Below are positions 50,541 through 63,330 of a stretch of DNA of 64,000 bases, piece by piece. Under the pieces are notes generated by a model. It had not been told where the DNA came from, ran no database searches, and saw nothing but the letters and a program-made list of their open reading frames with translations. Position 1 is the stretch's first letter. Every line of letters starts with the position of its first letter. The position numbers were made by a program, and so were the translations under genes. Source of the stretch: Octopus sinensis (Eukaryota); assembly GCF_006345805.1 (NCBI RefSeq), contig NC_042998.1:193874001-193938000 (forward strand). The letters are read 5' to 3'.

Positions 50541-53500
50541 GTAATATAAAAGATTCTACGTATTATGTATGGTGAATTCTATAATTAACCTGTATCAATC
50601 CTTGTCAAATCATCTATACATTCCGCACATAACTAATTAAGATTCTATGCCAAATTCGGAAACGACACAACAAGACCAATAGTGTTGACATATACGTAGA
50701 AGTCAGCTGCCGAACATATTTAGCTATTTCTGTCAAGATCAGTTGATAAGAGAATATGTATGGGCGGACAACCGTTTTGAAATTTACGTTTCTACCCAGA
50801 CTATTAAAGTTGCGCCTATAGTTGTCTGTTAAAAGTTCATCTCCTTGCCTTATTATTTTCTTATTTACTTCCGTCCCATGGTCCGTCCTTAGATAGATAC
50901 GTAAGTATATCAGTTTTCCTGAAAAACGGTTACTCACTCCTCGCCCAACTCTTCTCCATTTCTGGGAGGGGGGGATGACACAGTGAGTAGCCCGCGCGCA
51001 CACACACACACACACACATTGAATTATCGACTTAATTAGGGAAGAGTACTTAAATATATATATTACAATATATGGTTAATTTAAACAATGTTTATTTCGC
51101 GGTTCGTGTTTCATGTCACAACGATCTTCAGGTGAGAACTGTTACAAGTAGGTTAAGTGAGAGTGGTTTTCCTCTGTTCGTGTCTGCACATTGGTTTATT
51201 TTGCCATTGATTTTTTTTTTGCGTCCGTTGATTATCTTTTCTGGTATTTCCATTGGTTATTGTTTTGTGGACTTTCGTTGAATTTGTTACAGACAGCGTG
51301 TATTTGGATTTCTGTATGTTGTTTTGTTCTTTTATTTTCATTTGTTGTTTATTTATTGTTGTTTATTTATGGCTTATAAACACCTTCCACGTTGCAATTG
51401 TTTTCGTTCCAGCACACGATCTCAGATCAAATCACTTGCTATGCAAGTACATCTCTGTTTATTTATTAATTTATCTTTTAATGCCTCTGCTCTTATAGCT
51501 ACTGACAATGTTGCTGCTGCTGCTACTACTACTGCTGCTACTATTACTACTGCTTCATCCATTTTGAGACAAACAGATATCACATCCTGTAGATTTCAAT
51601 TAATAAACATTACAGAATCTGTTATGAAACTATTTCTGGGGCATTAAAGAAGTCCTGGTTCCACATCAGCAAGAGAACACATGTTGTGACTGTTCCTTTT
51701 TTTAGTTTAGTGCTTTTACTTTTTACTCTGAAGAGAAGTACCTATGATCCTTTACAGGGCCTCTGAGAGTGGTAAGAAAGGAGGAGGAAATTGTCCTCAA
51801 ACTGGGGACCTGATCTGAATGCTAGCAACAGAGGGAACTCCATAAACAGACACCCAAGGTGCAAGGTGGTAGTATTAATCTGGACAATTGATTAAGTCTA
51901 CCACTCAAGGTTAAGTCTAACACCCAAGATTGTTGTTGTCGTTACTTTCGTCATTTCTGCTGTTGCTGTTGCTGTTGAGTGAAGCGGTCTTCATCCCAGA
52001 GCTCGCAAGATCGCGCCTCTGTAGTAGGAGAAGTCCGAAACGTGGTCCTTTGCTATTCGTAAGACTCGCAAAAGAGAAAGCAGGTCAACCCTCGACACTG
52101 AGAGCATCGACGGATGGATGAATGCGCATCCAGGCTCAGCAGTTGCATAGGAAGTCGGGGACAAGAAACAGGAATAAAGAGTGAGAGAAAGTTGTAGTGA
52201 AAGAGTACAACAGGGGTCGCCACCACTCCCTGCTGGAGCCTCGTGGAGCTTTAGGTGTTTTCGCTCAATAAACACACACAACGCCCGGTCTGGGAATCGA
52301 AACCACGATCCTCCGACCATAAGTCCGCTGCCCTAACCATTGTCATTGCTGCTGGTAGTGTCTTTGTTGTTGTTGTTGTTGTTGTTTAACCCTGTGACAA
52401 CCGTGACTGAGTGGATGTATGATTGAAGACATTCCCATCATGATCGCGAAATCTTTTTGTATATCAAAGACTATATAGTCCAAAGTGCCCTTATTTGTGA
52501 AGACCAGAGTGCAATTTGAAGGTTACAACAAAAATAATTTCTTCGTCGATTCAGTCAAATCACTCAAAGATTCACAATATATGTATATTGCTACACTAGC
52601 ACTGCAAATATACTTTGGAATATTGTCTTATTCCAAGTGGAATCCTTCAAGTACTTATTTTTTATTTTGGAGCCTGCTTAATACAGTTTAGTCGCTCTAT
52701 CTTTCTTCAGAACAATTTTATATATCTTCATGAATACCAAGATAATTGTACACCCATGTATTTGTGAATGTATGTACACATATATGCATGTAAGTCTATA
52801 GATATGTAGAGAGGAGAAATGATGTATAATTCGCCACATGGTACTCCAACAAATAAAGGTACATGCTTGAAAGGTACCTCTAAATGTATATCAGTTCAAA
52901 TACGATCAGTCAAGGAAAAGATTTTGTTGCGATATTCATGTGTTGCCCATAGTTGTTAGAATTAATGAAATAGTTCTATTTAAAGTCAAACTTTGATCAA
53001 AGACTGAGCAAACTCAGAACTTAGGACCTCCCCCCTCATACATAAAGAATTTATGAATATGAGAAAACATGCAAAGCTAAGTGAACTTGTAATTGCCTTT
53101 GCATACAGGCATGTCCCCTGCATCCATCTTCAGCTGAGCAATCCTAACCTTGTGGGATTGTGGTTGCTGGTGCCACATAAAAAGCATCCATGCCAGTGCC
53201 ATATGAATGCACACATGCAAGTACTGTGTAAGAGTAGCCAGTACCTATGTAAAAGGTCACCCAGCTGTAGAAACCATGCCAAAACAGACATGGAGCCTGG
53301 GCAGCTCTTAAGCAGGCCAACTCCTGTGAAACTGTCCAACCCATGCCAGCATGAAGAACAAAAGTTAAATGATGATGATGATGATGATGATGATGACGAT
53401 GATAATGATGATGAAAATATATGTAGCTTATTTAGTAAATACATAAATAGGGCAAATGTAATCATTTCTCTATATATTAAAAAATAACATAGGCATAGGA

Positions 53501-54264
53501 GTGGCTGTGTGGTAAGTAGCTTGCTTACAAACCACATGAGGCTATGTGCATTTTGCTAGGCACTTGATGAACACCTTTTGAGTAGTGACAGAGTAGATCA
53601 TCAGCTTTGAATGAACCATTTGAGCATGGTCAATACCAGTGCCACCTGACTAGCCCTTGTGTTGGTGGCAAGTAAAAGCACCCACTACACTCTCGGAGTG
53701 GTTGGCATTAGGAAGGGCATCCAGCTGTAGAAACTTTGCCAGATGAGATTGGAGCTTGGTGCAGCCTTCTGGCTCACCAGTCCTCAGTCAAACTGTCCAA
53801 CCCATGGAAAGGGGACGTTAAACGACGATGACGATGATGATGATATATGCACGTACACACACTCACACTTATATATATATACACACACATATACACATAC
53901 ACACACACATATATATATGAGTGATTGTGAAGTAAACTTCTCCGTGCTGCATCCACTTTATGCAGCATAGCTGTATGCTTAAGAAGTTTGCTTTGCAATC
54001 ACAAGATCTCTAGTTCAAACCAAATGCATTGGTTGACACAAGCCTTGTGACTATACAGAAGCCCATCAGATAGACAGTACTAATCATTCAAAGATTTAGT
54101 CTTCTGGTGTATTTTGTCATGCTGCTTCTGTCTGAGAATTATGTTAAGGATACGCATCTGTGAAAGGTTCAGTCCTTACATACTAATTCAGCAAACAGGT
54201 GATTCAGTTGATCCAACAATTAAATACTTAGTGTCAAAACCAACAGAGAGCAATTTACTTATAT

Positions 54265-55245
54265 ATCATCATCATCATCATCGACGTTTAATGTCCGCTT
54301 TCCATGCTAGCATGGGTTGGACGATTTGACTGAGGACTGGTGAACCAGATGGCTGCCCCATGCTCCAATCTTGATCTGGCAGAGTTTCTACAGCTGGATG
54401 CCCTTCCTAATGCCAACCACTCTGAGAGTGTAGTGGATGCTTTTACATGCCACCTGCACGGGGGCCAGTCAGGCGGTACTGGCAATGGCCATGCTCAAAT
54501 GGTGTTTTTTATGTGCCACCTGCACAGGAGCCAGTCCAGCGGCACTGGCAACGACCTCGTTCGAATGTTTTTTCACATGCCACCAGCACAAGTACCAGTA
54601 AGGTAACGCTAATAACGATCCACACTCAAATGGTGCTTTTTACATACCACCAGCATGGAAGCCAGTTAGCTGCTCTGGCAACGATCACACTTGGATGGTG
54701 CTCTTAGCACTCCCTAGCACAGATGCCAGTCATCAAATTTGATTTCGATTTCAATTTCAATTTCACTTGCCTCAACAGGTCTTCGCAATCAGAGTCTAGT
54801 GTCCAATGAAGGAAAGGTAAGTATAAGTGGTTTGCTTACACCCCTGGCATGGGCCACGAGGTTATGGTCTCACTTGGCTTGCCGGGTCTCCTCAAGCACA
54901 GCATATTTCCAAAAGTCTCGGTCACTAGACATTGCCTCGGTGAGGCCTAATGTTCGAAGGTCGTGCTTCACCACCTCATCCCAGGTCTTCCTCAACTGGG
55001 TGTGATAGTTTTTCACACAGCTATCCTCATCCATTCTCTCCACATGACCATACTAGTGCAGTCATCCCTCTTGCACACCACATCTGATGCTTCTTAGGTC
55101 CAACTTTTCTCTCAAGGTACTTACACTCTGCTGAGTATGCACACTGCCATTACACATCCATCGGAGCATACTGGCTTCATTCTTTGCGAGCTTACGCATG
55201 TCCTCAGCAGTCACGGACATGGCTGTTCGTACACATGCATCATAC
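54265..55245 (-). mobile_element. RTE-clade LINE 3' end with long repeat-containing 3' UTR and (GAT)n tail
   Basis: EASMLRWMC..LREKLDLRSIRCGV..GHVERMDED..RKTWDEVVKHDLRTLGL; 3' UTR ends ccatgctagcatgg..(gat)n. Confidence 0.85.
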
Positions 55246-55251
55246 AGTCTG

Positions 55252-55288
<37 letters not shown>

Positions 55289-56249
55289 AGTATACACAGT
55301 TTCCACCTACTAGATTTCACTCTCAAAATTTTGGTCAACCTAAGATTATGAGAGAAGACACTTCCCCACTGTGCAATGTCATGTCATCAAATCTGGTACA
55401 ATGTGGGTGTGAAATGAACCCCTTATCTATACAATTTTCTTGTGTGAGCTGGGAGTCAGAACCTTTGTTTCAAGCATGATGCTTCAAATTTTATAAGCAC
55501 TACAGAATTATTATTGAGCAATAAAAAGTTTCTGTTGCAAATTCAACAGGTGTACAAAAGAAAATAATCAAAAGATAAGCAAAAAAAAACATGAAATCAA
55601 ATTAATACAATACTCCCTCCAAATTATCTTTGTATTTCCTAACTATTTTCAGAAGTTTAATCATATCAGTACTTATTCAGTATTAAGAAATCTCGTATAA
55701 AATTTACAGAAAAAAAAACAGTGATAGAGAAAAAAAAAGCGCTATGTTATTTTGACAGAAAAAAAAAGGTTAACAAGAAAATTATATATTAATTTTAATC
55801 CCGGTATTCCTAGAATCAGTATTGTTAGTGTGGCATGGTGATTTCATGACTGGAAAGAATAAATACAAGGGAAGTAACTGGCCAAGATGAAAGCTAAATT
55901 CTATGAGACAAGGGAAATAATGAGAGCAAACGCTATAACTGTCAATATGAAAAATTTAAACACATATAATGACTTCAGATAAGTGCAGTGAAATTTTATT
56001 TTAATGTATCACACAATACTCGGATATTTGAGAGCAGTAAACCATGGAAAACAAGGAAAAAATGTATGTGTGGATTCATTTCTCACATGTAGTAAATTAA
56101 CAGGAAAGCAATGAATTGATAGATTTTTTAGTGCACTGGATTTAATGCCCTTGCAGTATTTGTTCCAGCTCTCTGCTCTGTGGGTTCAACTTTGGCATTA
56201 ACCCCACTCAGAATTTCAGTAAATAAATTACAGTTTAGGACAGTAGATT

Positions 56250-56568
56250 ACCTGTCTAACACCCGTGGACATGTTTACGAAGTCAGAAACCAGCACAGCT
56301 CCCATGACTTTCGGAAACATTTTTTCACGCTAAGAGTTGCTGAAGCATGGAACAAACTGCCGGCATCAGTTGTTAGTTGTCGGAGCACTGCATCCTTCAA
56401 AACTTCCATGCTTCCTGAGATTCGCCAACACTACACCTGATTTTCTCCCCTCCATACACACTGTTCGCTTCCCAGACATTTGTACATTACTGCATATGCT
56501 TTATACACACTTTTGACAAGTTGTGGTGCACCTGAGCACTGTATACAATAATTTCATTATTATTATTT
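56250..56568 (+). mobile_element. CR1/L2-type LINE 3' end
   Basis: TRGH..RKHFFTLRVAEAWNKLPASVV..FK motif; (att)n tail. Confidence 0.85.
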
Positions 56569-57285
56569 AATATCAGTAAAGATAATTTGCAGTATCTCAT
56601 CTGGCTGTTTGCATTTTGAATTCAAATTCCACTGTCAATGACAAGGACTAAATTACCTATCAATAGGACCATAATAGATTATGAAAGCTGTATTAGGTTG
56701 AAAGGTGTTGTGACCATCTGCTACCACAAACGACAATGATGATTCTCACATTCACACAGTATTATAAGCAACATACATATTTCCAAAGACACACGGTCAA
56801 TCTTTCAATGGCCAAGTGTAGGATTGCTCCAATTAACCACATGTTATTAATGTGTGAACTCAGAACAATGAAGCATTTTGTCCTGTTGGGATACACCAGC
56901 CATCTCCACAATATTTTGCTATTTTCACAAAGTGTGATGCAGTAATATATAATTAATGAACCACTGCCAGTTTTTTTCCACATCATAAAGGATATGAACA
57001 AAAACAGGAAGAAATAGCAGTGTGGTGTGGGGTGGCTGATGAATGAAAACAAAACTAAATGTTTAATTGTTCTGAGTTCAAATCTCATGAGGTATGAGAT
57101 TACTTGTCAATTACTTGTCGATGAGTACAGGCCTGGCTGTGTGGTTAAGAAATCCATTTTGTAATTATGTGGTTTTGGATTCAGTCCCACTGTGAAGCAC
57201 CTTGGGCAAGTGTCTTCTACTGTAATCCTGGACCAACAAGGTCTTGTCACTGGATTTGGCAGACATGCACTGTGAGGACGCCTGT

Positions 57286-57320
<35 letters not shown>

Positions 57321-57323
<3 letters not shown>

Positions 57324-57630
57324 ATGAAATTATTGTATACAGTACTCAGGTGCACCACAACTTGTCAAAAGTGCGTATAAAGCATATGCAGTAATGTACA
57401 AATGTATGGGAAGTGAACAGTGTATGAGTCAGATACATCCTTGCGTGTGTATGGAGGGGAGAAAATCAGGTGTAGTGTTGGTGAATCTCAGGAAGCATGG
57501 AAGTTTTGAAGGATGCAATGCTCTGACAAATGACAACTGATACCGGCAGTCTGTTCCAAGCTTCAGCGACTCTTAGCGTGAAAAAATATTTCTGAAAGTC
57601 ATGGGAGCTGTGCTGGTTTCTGACTTTGTA

Positions 57631-57633
<3 letters not shown>
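57321..57633 (-). mobile_element. CR1/L2-type LINE 3' end, inverted relative to 56250-56568
   Basis: Reverse complement of the same family. Confidence 0.85.
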
Positions 57634-57725
<92 letters not shown>

Positions 57726-58289
57726 TTAAGATATATTATATGTAAACTTAATATTACTAAACATTGAGAGGAGTACAGCTAAGTATTCTGATGTAGATTC
57801 ATACATATCTCCTTTTCTTTTTCCAGAATGAATTGAGTTATGATAGAGAAATGAATAAAATAAATCTATGTGCCACAAAAACATGAGTCATGAGGTCTCC
57901 AGCAAGGTTGGTAGGAGGTAAGAAAGAAGTAATCCTCAGACAAGAACCTGAGGATCAGGTGATGGTATTAAATCAGGTGCTGGATTAAATCTACCATTCA
58001 ACTAAGAAGCATGTTGGAAGGTTGTAGATGAAGAACCCCTCAATATTATTCACAGCCTCTCAAGAATTTTCATCACATTGTATATGAACCCTGCACAAAC
58101 TCATCTTCTCCTCTTGGTACATGAATCTTAACATATTTCATATTTTTAAGTGACACAGACTTTTAATCCTAATCCAACAAAGACTATGATATGGAATCAA
58201 AAACTTTACATCTCTTATTTTTTAGCTTGAATGCTCGCAACAGAGTGGATTCACCAAAAGGTACCCATCAGGTAATTGATGATGTTTAA

Positions 58290-58508
58290 CCCTTTAGCAT
58301 TTAAACTGGCCATATCTGGCCCAAATATGCTTCCTCTTTTATGTTCTAACTGGTCAGATCAAGCCTATCATACCTACCCTTCAATGCCATTATAAAATAT
58401 ACAGTCACATCATCAAAATTTCAAGACTGCAAAATAATGCAGGATTAATAAAAAACAATTTGAATGAAAAAGTGTTACCTTTGACAGAATAATCTGAATG
58501 CTAACGGG
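58290..58508. mobile_element. piggyBac-type MITE
   Basis: TTAA|CCCTTTAGCATT ... AATGCTAACGGG|TTAA. Confidence 0.75.
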
Positions 58509-58864
58509 TTAACAAGGTTTTGGTTAGGTTTTTGTCTTCAACCCAACATCTGGAATGGTTCCTCTGACAGATTTTCAGTTTCCATTTATCAAATTTTACT
58601 CACAAGGCTCTGCTTGACCAAAGGCTACAACTGAAGACACATACATGCTCAAGATGCAGACCCAGTATGTAATTTGTGAATCATGATTTAATCACACACC
58701 AAGATAGGTACAAGCATAGTTACGTGGTAAGAAGTTTGCATAGTTTACTTCCTTTTTTTTTTCTTTTAAAGAATCAGAAGGATACAAAGAGAGACAGACT
58801 TTCATGTGGTGTTCTTCAATGAAATACACAGCTGTTTGGTACTCTATTCAAATCTATTTCCATT

Positions 58865-59068
58865 TCTTTACTACCCACAAGGGGCTAAACACAGAGAGGA
58901 CAAACAAGGACAGACAAACGGATTAAGTCGATTATATCGACCCCAGTGCTTAACTGGTACTTAATTTATCAACCCCAAAAGGATGAAAGGCAAAGTCGAC
59001 CTCGGCAGAATTTGAACTCAGAACGTAACGGCAGACGAAATACGGCTACGCATTTCGCCCGGCATGCT
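58865..59068 (-). mobile_element. SINE family A (another partial copy at about 22425-22605)
   Basis: Same body and tail as the other family A copies. Confidence 0.85.
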
Positions 59069-59407
59069 AACATTTATCTGATAACAAAAACAAAAGGTTC
59101 TACTTCTACTTTATCATTGCATGAAGGACGTCCAGCTGTTAAGAACTATTACTTGAAAAAATATCACTGCTATGCGTAACATACCAGTTTCAAGAGATCT
59201 GAAAACCTGTCCCGAATTCACTCCCTTACAGTTACATGAGCTGGCTGGCTTTAACAAAGAGTCTGAGGATGAGGTGGTTTCCTTGGTCTTGTTTCTCTAG
59301 TTAACTTGTAGCGACATACTAATGTTAAAAAGGGAGGGAAAATAATACAAAAGCACCCAAAGTTGGAAATACATTGTCCAGATACTATGAAATAAAGTAC
59401 ATTGTGC

Positions 59408-59818
59408 TGTAGGAATGGTTGTGTGGTAAGTAGCTTGCTTAACAACCATGTTCCCAGGTTCAGTCCCACTGTGTGGCATCTTGGGCAAGAGTCTTCTACT
59501 ACAGCCTCGGGCCGACCAAAGCCTTGTGAGTGGATTTGGTAGACAGAAACTGAAAGAAGCCCGTTGTATTTGTATATATATATATTTTTATATATGTATG
59601 TGTGTGCATATGTTTGTGTGTCTGTTTGTTCCCACCACATCGCTTGACAACTAATGCTGGTGTGTTTACCTCCCTGTAACTTAGCAGTTCGACAAAAGGG
59701 CCTGGTAGAATAAATACTAGGCTTACAAAGATTAAATCCTGGGTCGATTTGCTTGACTAAAGGTGGTGCTCTAGCATGGCTGCAGTCAAATGACTAAAAC
59801 AAGTAAAAGAATAAAAGA
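59408..59818 (+). mobile_element. SINE family B
   Basis: Full-length copy with several CpG-to-TpG/CpA changes. Confidence 0.85.
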
Positions 59819-60660
59819 ATATTGTTGAGCAGCAGGTCAGCTTGACTGATCAGACCTATGATCAAAGCTTTCCATCCAGGACCATCAAGTACCTTTTTTA
59901 AGACAGTGTATCCAGAAATCCATTATCCAATGTGTCCTTCCTTGGAGAGAGACAATAGGAAGGTGTATGATTTGATGCCAAAACAGACAACTGGAGCCTG
60001 ATACTACTCTCCTGCCTGGCCAGCTCCTGTCAAACTGTCCAACCCATGCCAGCATGGAAAAATAGATTTTAAATGAAGATGATAATAATCATCATCATCA
60101 GTTAACGTCCGTTTTCCATGCTAGCATGGGTTGGACGGTTCAATCGGGGTCTGGGAGGCCAGGAGGCTGCACCAGGCTCCAGTCTGATCTGGCAGAGTTT
60201 CTACAGCTGGATGCCCTTCCTAACGCTAACCACTCCATGAGTGTAGTGGGTGCTTTTTACACTCCACCTGCATAGGGGCCAGAGGGGACTGGCAATGGCC
60301 ACGATCGGTTGGTGCTTTTTAATGCCACCAGCATGGACACCAGTCAAGGCGGCGCTGGCATCAGCCACATTCGGATGGTGCTTTTTACGTGCCACCGGCA
60401 CAGGTATCACAACTACAATTTCCATTTGATTTTTTGATGTTGATGTACTTGACTCAATAGGCCTCCTCAAGCACACAGGGTCTCCTTAAAACCTACTGTG
60501 ACTGCAATGTGCTGATTCCTCAACACAAAATATAAAGTGTGGCACCTGAAGATGATCAGAAAATATACCAACCAACAGGTAAACAAATACTGAAAAAATT
60601 GTTATGAATAGTTTGATTATGAATCTTTAATATGTAGAAATATAAATTAGCTTTAAACAA

Positions 60661-60841
60661 GGTGCAGGAGTGGCTGTGTGGTAAGTAGCTTGCTGACCAA
60701 CCACATGGTTCTGGGTTCAATCCCACTACGTGGCATCTTGGGCAAATGTCTTCTGCTATAGCCCCGGGCCGACCAATGCCTTGTGAGTGGATTTGGTAGA
60801 CGGAAACTGAAAGAAGCCTGTCGTATATATGTATATATATA

Positions 60842-60889
<48 letters not shown>

Positions 60890-61115
60890 TGTGTCTGTGT
60901 TTGTCCTCCTAGCATTGCTTGACAACCGATACTGGTGTGTTTACGTCCCCGTCACTTAGCGGTTCGGCAAAAGAGACCGATAGAATAAGTACTGGGCTTA
61001 CAAAGAATAAGTCCTGGGGGGGGGGGGGGTCGATTTGCTCGACTAAAGGCGGTGCTCCAGCATGGCCACAGTCAAATGACTGAAACAAGTAAAAGAGTAA
61101 AAGAGTAAAAGAGTA
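60661..61115 (+). mobile_element. SINE family B directly downstream of the SELENOF poly(A) region
   Basis: Full-length copy ending (gtaaaaga)n. Confidence 0.88.
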
Positions 61116-61159
61116 AACAAAAAAAATGATGTTAAGAAACACAGAAATGTGTTACAAAT

Positions 61160-61165
61160 TTTATT
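61160..61165 (-). terminator. Probable polyadenylation signal of SELENOF
   Basis: AATAAA on the minus strand downstream of the SECIS, followed by a GT/T-rich tract at about 61120-61145. Confidence 0.55.
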
Positions 61166-61345
61166 AATAACCCATGTAAACAGAAATAAATATCAGAAAG
61201 TTACATATCATGAAATGCTATGAAAAACAAAGGAAATTCATGATAAAAATAAATGGAATATCATATTGTTATTTAGTACCCACATTGAGGGATTTGAGAG
61301 AGAAAAGATATAAAAATAAGGCAGCTCTGAAATTCAAGTAATTGC

Positions 61346-61414
61346 TTTCTCGATTTGCATCCAACCTTACAACCTTAATTTAAGCTTTTTGTAAGGTTTT
61401 CATAGAGAGAAATC
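61346..61414 (-). promoter_or_regulatory. SECIS element (type II) in SELENOF 3' UTR
   Basis: Minus strand reads AUGA-A / 10-bp helix AACCUUACAA:UUGUAAGGUU / unpaired AAA / mini-helix CUUA:UAAG / G-GA-U. A lower helix (GAUUU:AAAUC or UUUCUC:GAGAAA) is possible. Lies ~160 nt downstream of the stop codon. Confidence 0.85.
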
Positions 61415-61575
61415 ATTTACTGAAATGCTAATATTTTACGACCAGACCAGCCAACCGTAACGTTAAGTATATGTGGTAGATGGTAAACTTTGAGATTACC
61501 AAACTAGTCAGAAATATTAGCTACTTTGAATAGCAGAGCTGGTGAAGAGATGCTTTGTGTTTTTTTTTGGTTTTT

Positions 61576-61754
61576 TTACTTCATTAAACGTTCATGAAAG
61601 AAGGCCTCCACAGAATCAGTGTTCCACTTCTCAATTCCTAGGGTTTCGACTATTTCTCTGTTCTCATTTAACAGATGAATAGTCGGATCAGCACCACGTG
61701 TGTACTTGATTTTAAGACCTGGGAATTGTTGTGTACGAGCGCTTTTTACAAAAG
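61576..61754 (-). CDS. SELENOF: Selenoprotein F (Sep15), terminal coding exon
   Basis: Acceptor tgtcttttcag; 179 nt giving (A)FVKSARTQQFPGLKIKYTRGADPTIHLLNENREIVETLGIEKWNTDSVEAFFHERLMK*. Matches the Sep15 C-terminus (AFV, IKY.RG.DP, KWNTDSVE.F). Confidence 0.95.
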
Positions 61755-62144
61755 CTGAAAAGACAAATGAAATAATAATTCAGTAATTTTGTTAAGAAAA
61801 TTAAACCAGACTTCTGTAATTCATTAGTTCCTAAAGTAATTATAACTTAATTCACACAGTTATTCATCCTCATAAAATATTGTAACATTGCTTTTTAAGG
61901 GACGGAGTTACAAAATTATATAATATATAAAATATATAATATATACCTAATATGAAATCTACATAAAGATATCATTACTATTCTTATAAATAAGTTTATT
62001 TAACCTGTAAGCTTAAATATTTAACATCATCTTCTTATAGAAGATTTTAACATTAATAACTTTACAGATTATTTAGATGATTTCTTATTTAAAGAGTTTG
62101 TAATTAAATATCTTCAACATGGATGGAGTACTACATTCCATTAA

Positions 62145-62361
62145 CCCTTTCGTTACCAACCCGGCTGAAACCGGCTCTGGCTCTGAGTACAAATGTCTTG
62201 TTTTCATAAGTTTTGAATTAAAATCTTTCACCAAACCTAAGTCACAATTTATGTTCCTAACACTAGATTAATGATGAAGTTATTTTGCTAAATTCTTTGT
62301 TATATTTAAAGTAATTGAAAGAAACAAAGAACAGCTCAAAATAAATACAGTAACAAAAGGG
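62145..62361. mobile_element. piggyBac-type MITE in SELENOF intron
   Basis: TTAA|CCCTTTCGTTAC ... GTAACAAAAGGG|TTAA. Confidence 0.8.
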
Positions 62362-62496
62362 TTAATGGAAGTTTTTGGTGATAAAATCAAATAAACAGGC
62401 TAAAATGTTAAGTATAAACAGCCAGAGTAGCTGATGCAACAACACTCTATAAAAAATTCCTCCAGAACAACAAGGAAATTCTTGAGTTTGACTTAC

Positions 62497-62560
62497 CTTG
62501 AACCTGTGGATACCTTCCTAATTTTCATCCGCATACAATTAGTTCAGCATAAGGATACAT
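62497..62560 (-). CDS. SELENOF: Selenoprotein F (Sep15), selenocysteine-containing exon
   Basis: Minus strand, aag|exon|gtaagt. The 64 nt translate as MYPYAELIVCG-U(TGA at 62525-62527)-KLGRYPQVQ+g, matching the Sep15 VCGUKLGRFPQVQ motif. Its phase-1 end joins the next exon. Confidence 0.93.
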
Positions 62561-62969
62561 CTTTGAAATATAACAAAAAGGTAACAAAATTTTTAAGTAA
62601 AGATAATATCAAAAATATTTGATACAGGTTAAATTTATTTATTTTATATCATTCAATGTGTATACATTTTTGAGAGGATACCCTGTATATATAATAATGA
62701 TGATGATGATATTTGATATTAAATACTTGTACACTTTTAAGTTATTAAATGGTATTTAAATGGTATATAAAATGTAAGTAAAAAAATATTTGTTCATATA
62801 CTGTATAGTCTCTAAGTTGAAATCCCATCAGACTTAGTTTTGTGTTTCACTCTGCTAGAGATGATAAGTAGCAGTAATATAATGAGGTTGATTCAAATAA
62901 CAATAACTACTCCATTCAACAATTCATCTTAACTTAGGGAACAAATTAATATGTGTAGATTTTGCCTGT

Positions 62970-63330
62970 AGGGTGCCAAGAACACCATCCGAGCATGATC
63001 GTTGCCAGAGCAGCCAACTGGCTTCTGTACTCATGGCACGTAACAGACTACATTCGAGTGTTATCGTTACCAACGTCGCTTCACTGGCACCTGTGCTGGT
63101 GGCACGTGTAAAAAGATTCGAACGAGGTCATTGCCAGTACCACCTGAGTGGACCGCATGCCGGTGGCACGTAAAAAGCACCCACTACATTCTCGGAGTGG
63201 TTGGCATTAGGAAAGGCATCAAGACTGGAGCCTGGTGCAACCATCTGGTTGCCAGCCTCAGTCGAAATCGTCCAACCCATGCTAGCATGGAAAACGGACG
63301 ATGATGATGATGATGATAATGATGATGATT
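62970..63330 (+). mobile_element. RTE 3'-UTR-derived fragment (others at about 53140-53410, 53590-53850, 60000-60070, 60090-60480)
   Basis: Shares actggc..tgtgc.ggtggcacgtaaaaagcacc units, ccaacccatgctagcatgg and the (gat)n tail with 54265-54760. Confidence 0.8.

Noticed and set aside
50614-51015. 133-aa ORF with IRQGDELLTDNY resembling a SET-domain motif
   Set aside because: Only a short motif match, with no other SET features and no convincing splice sites.
57827-57918. Plus-strand exon with strong acceptor and gtaaga donor
   Set aside because: Stop codons in all three frames.
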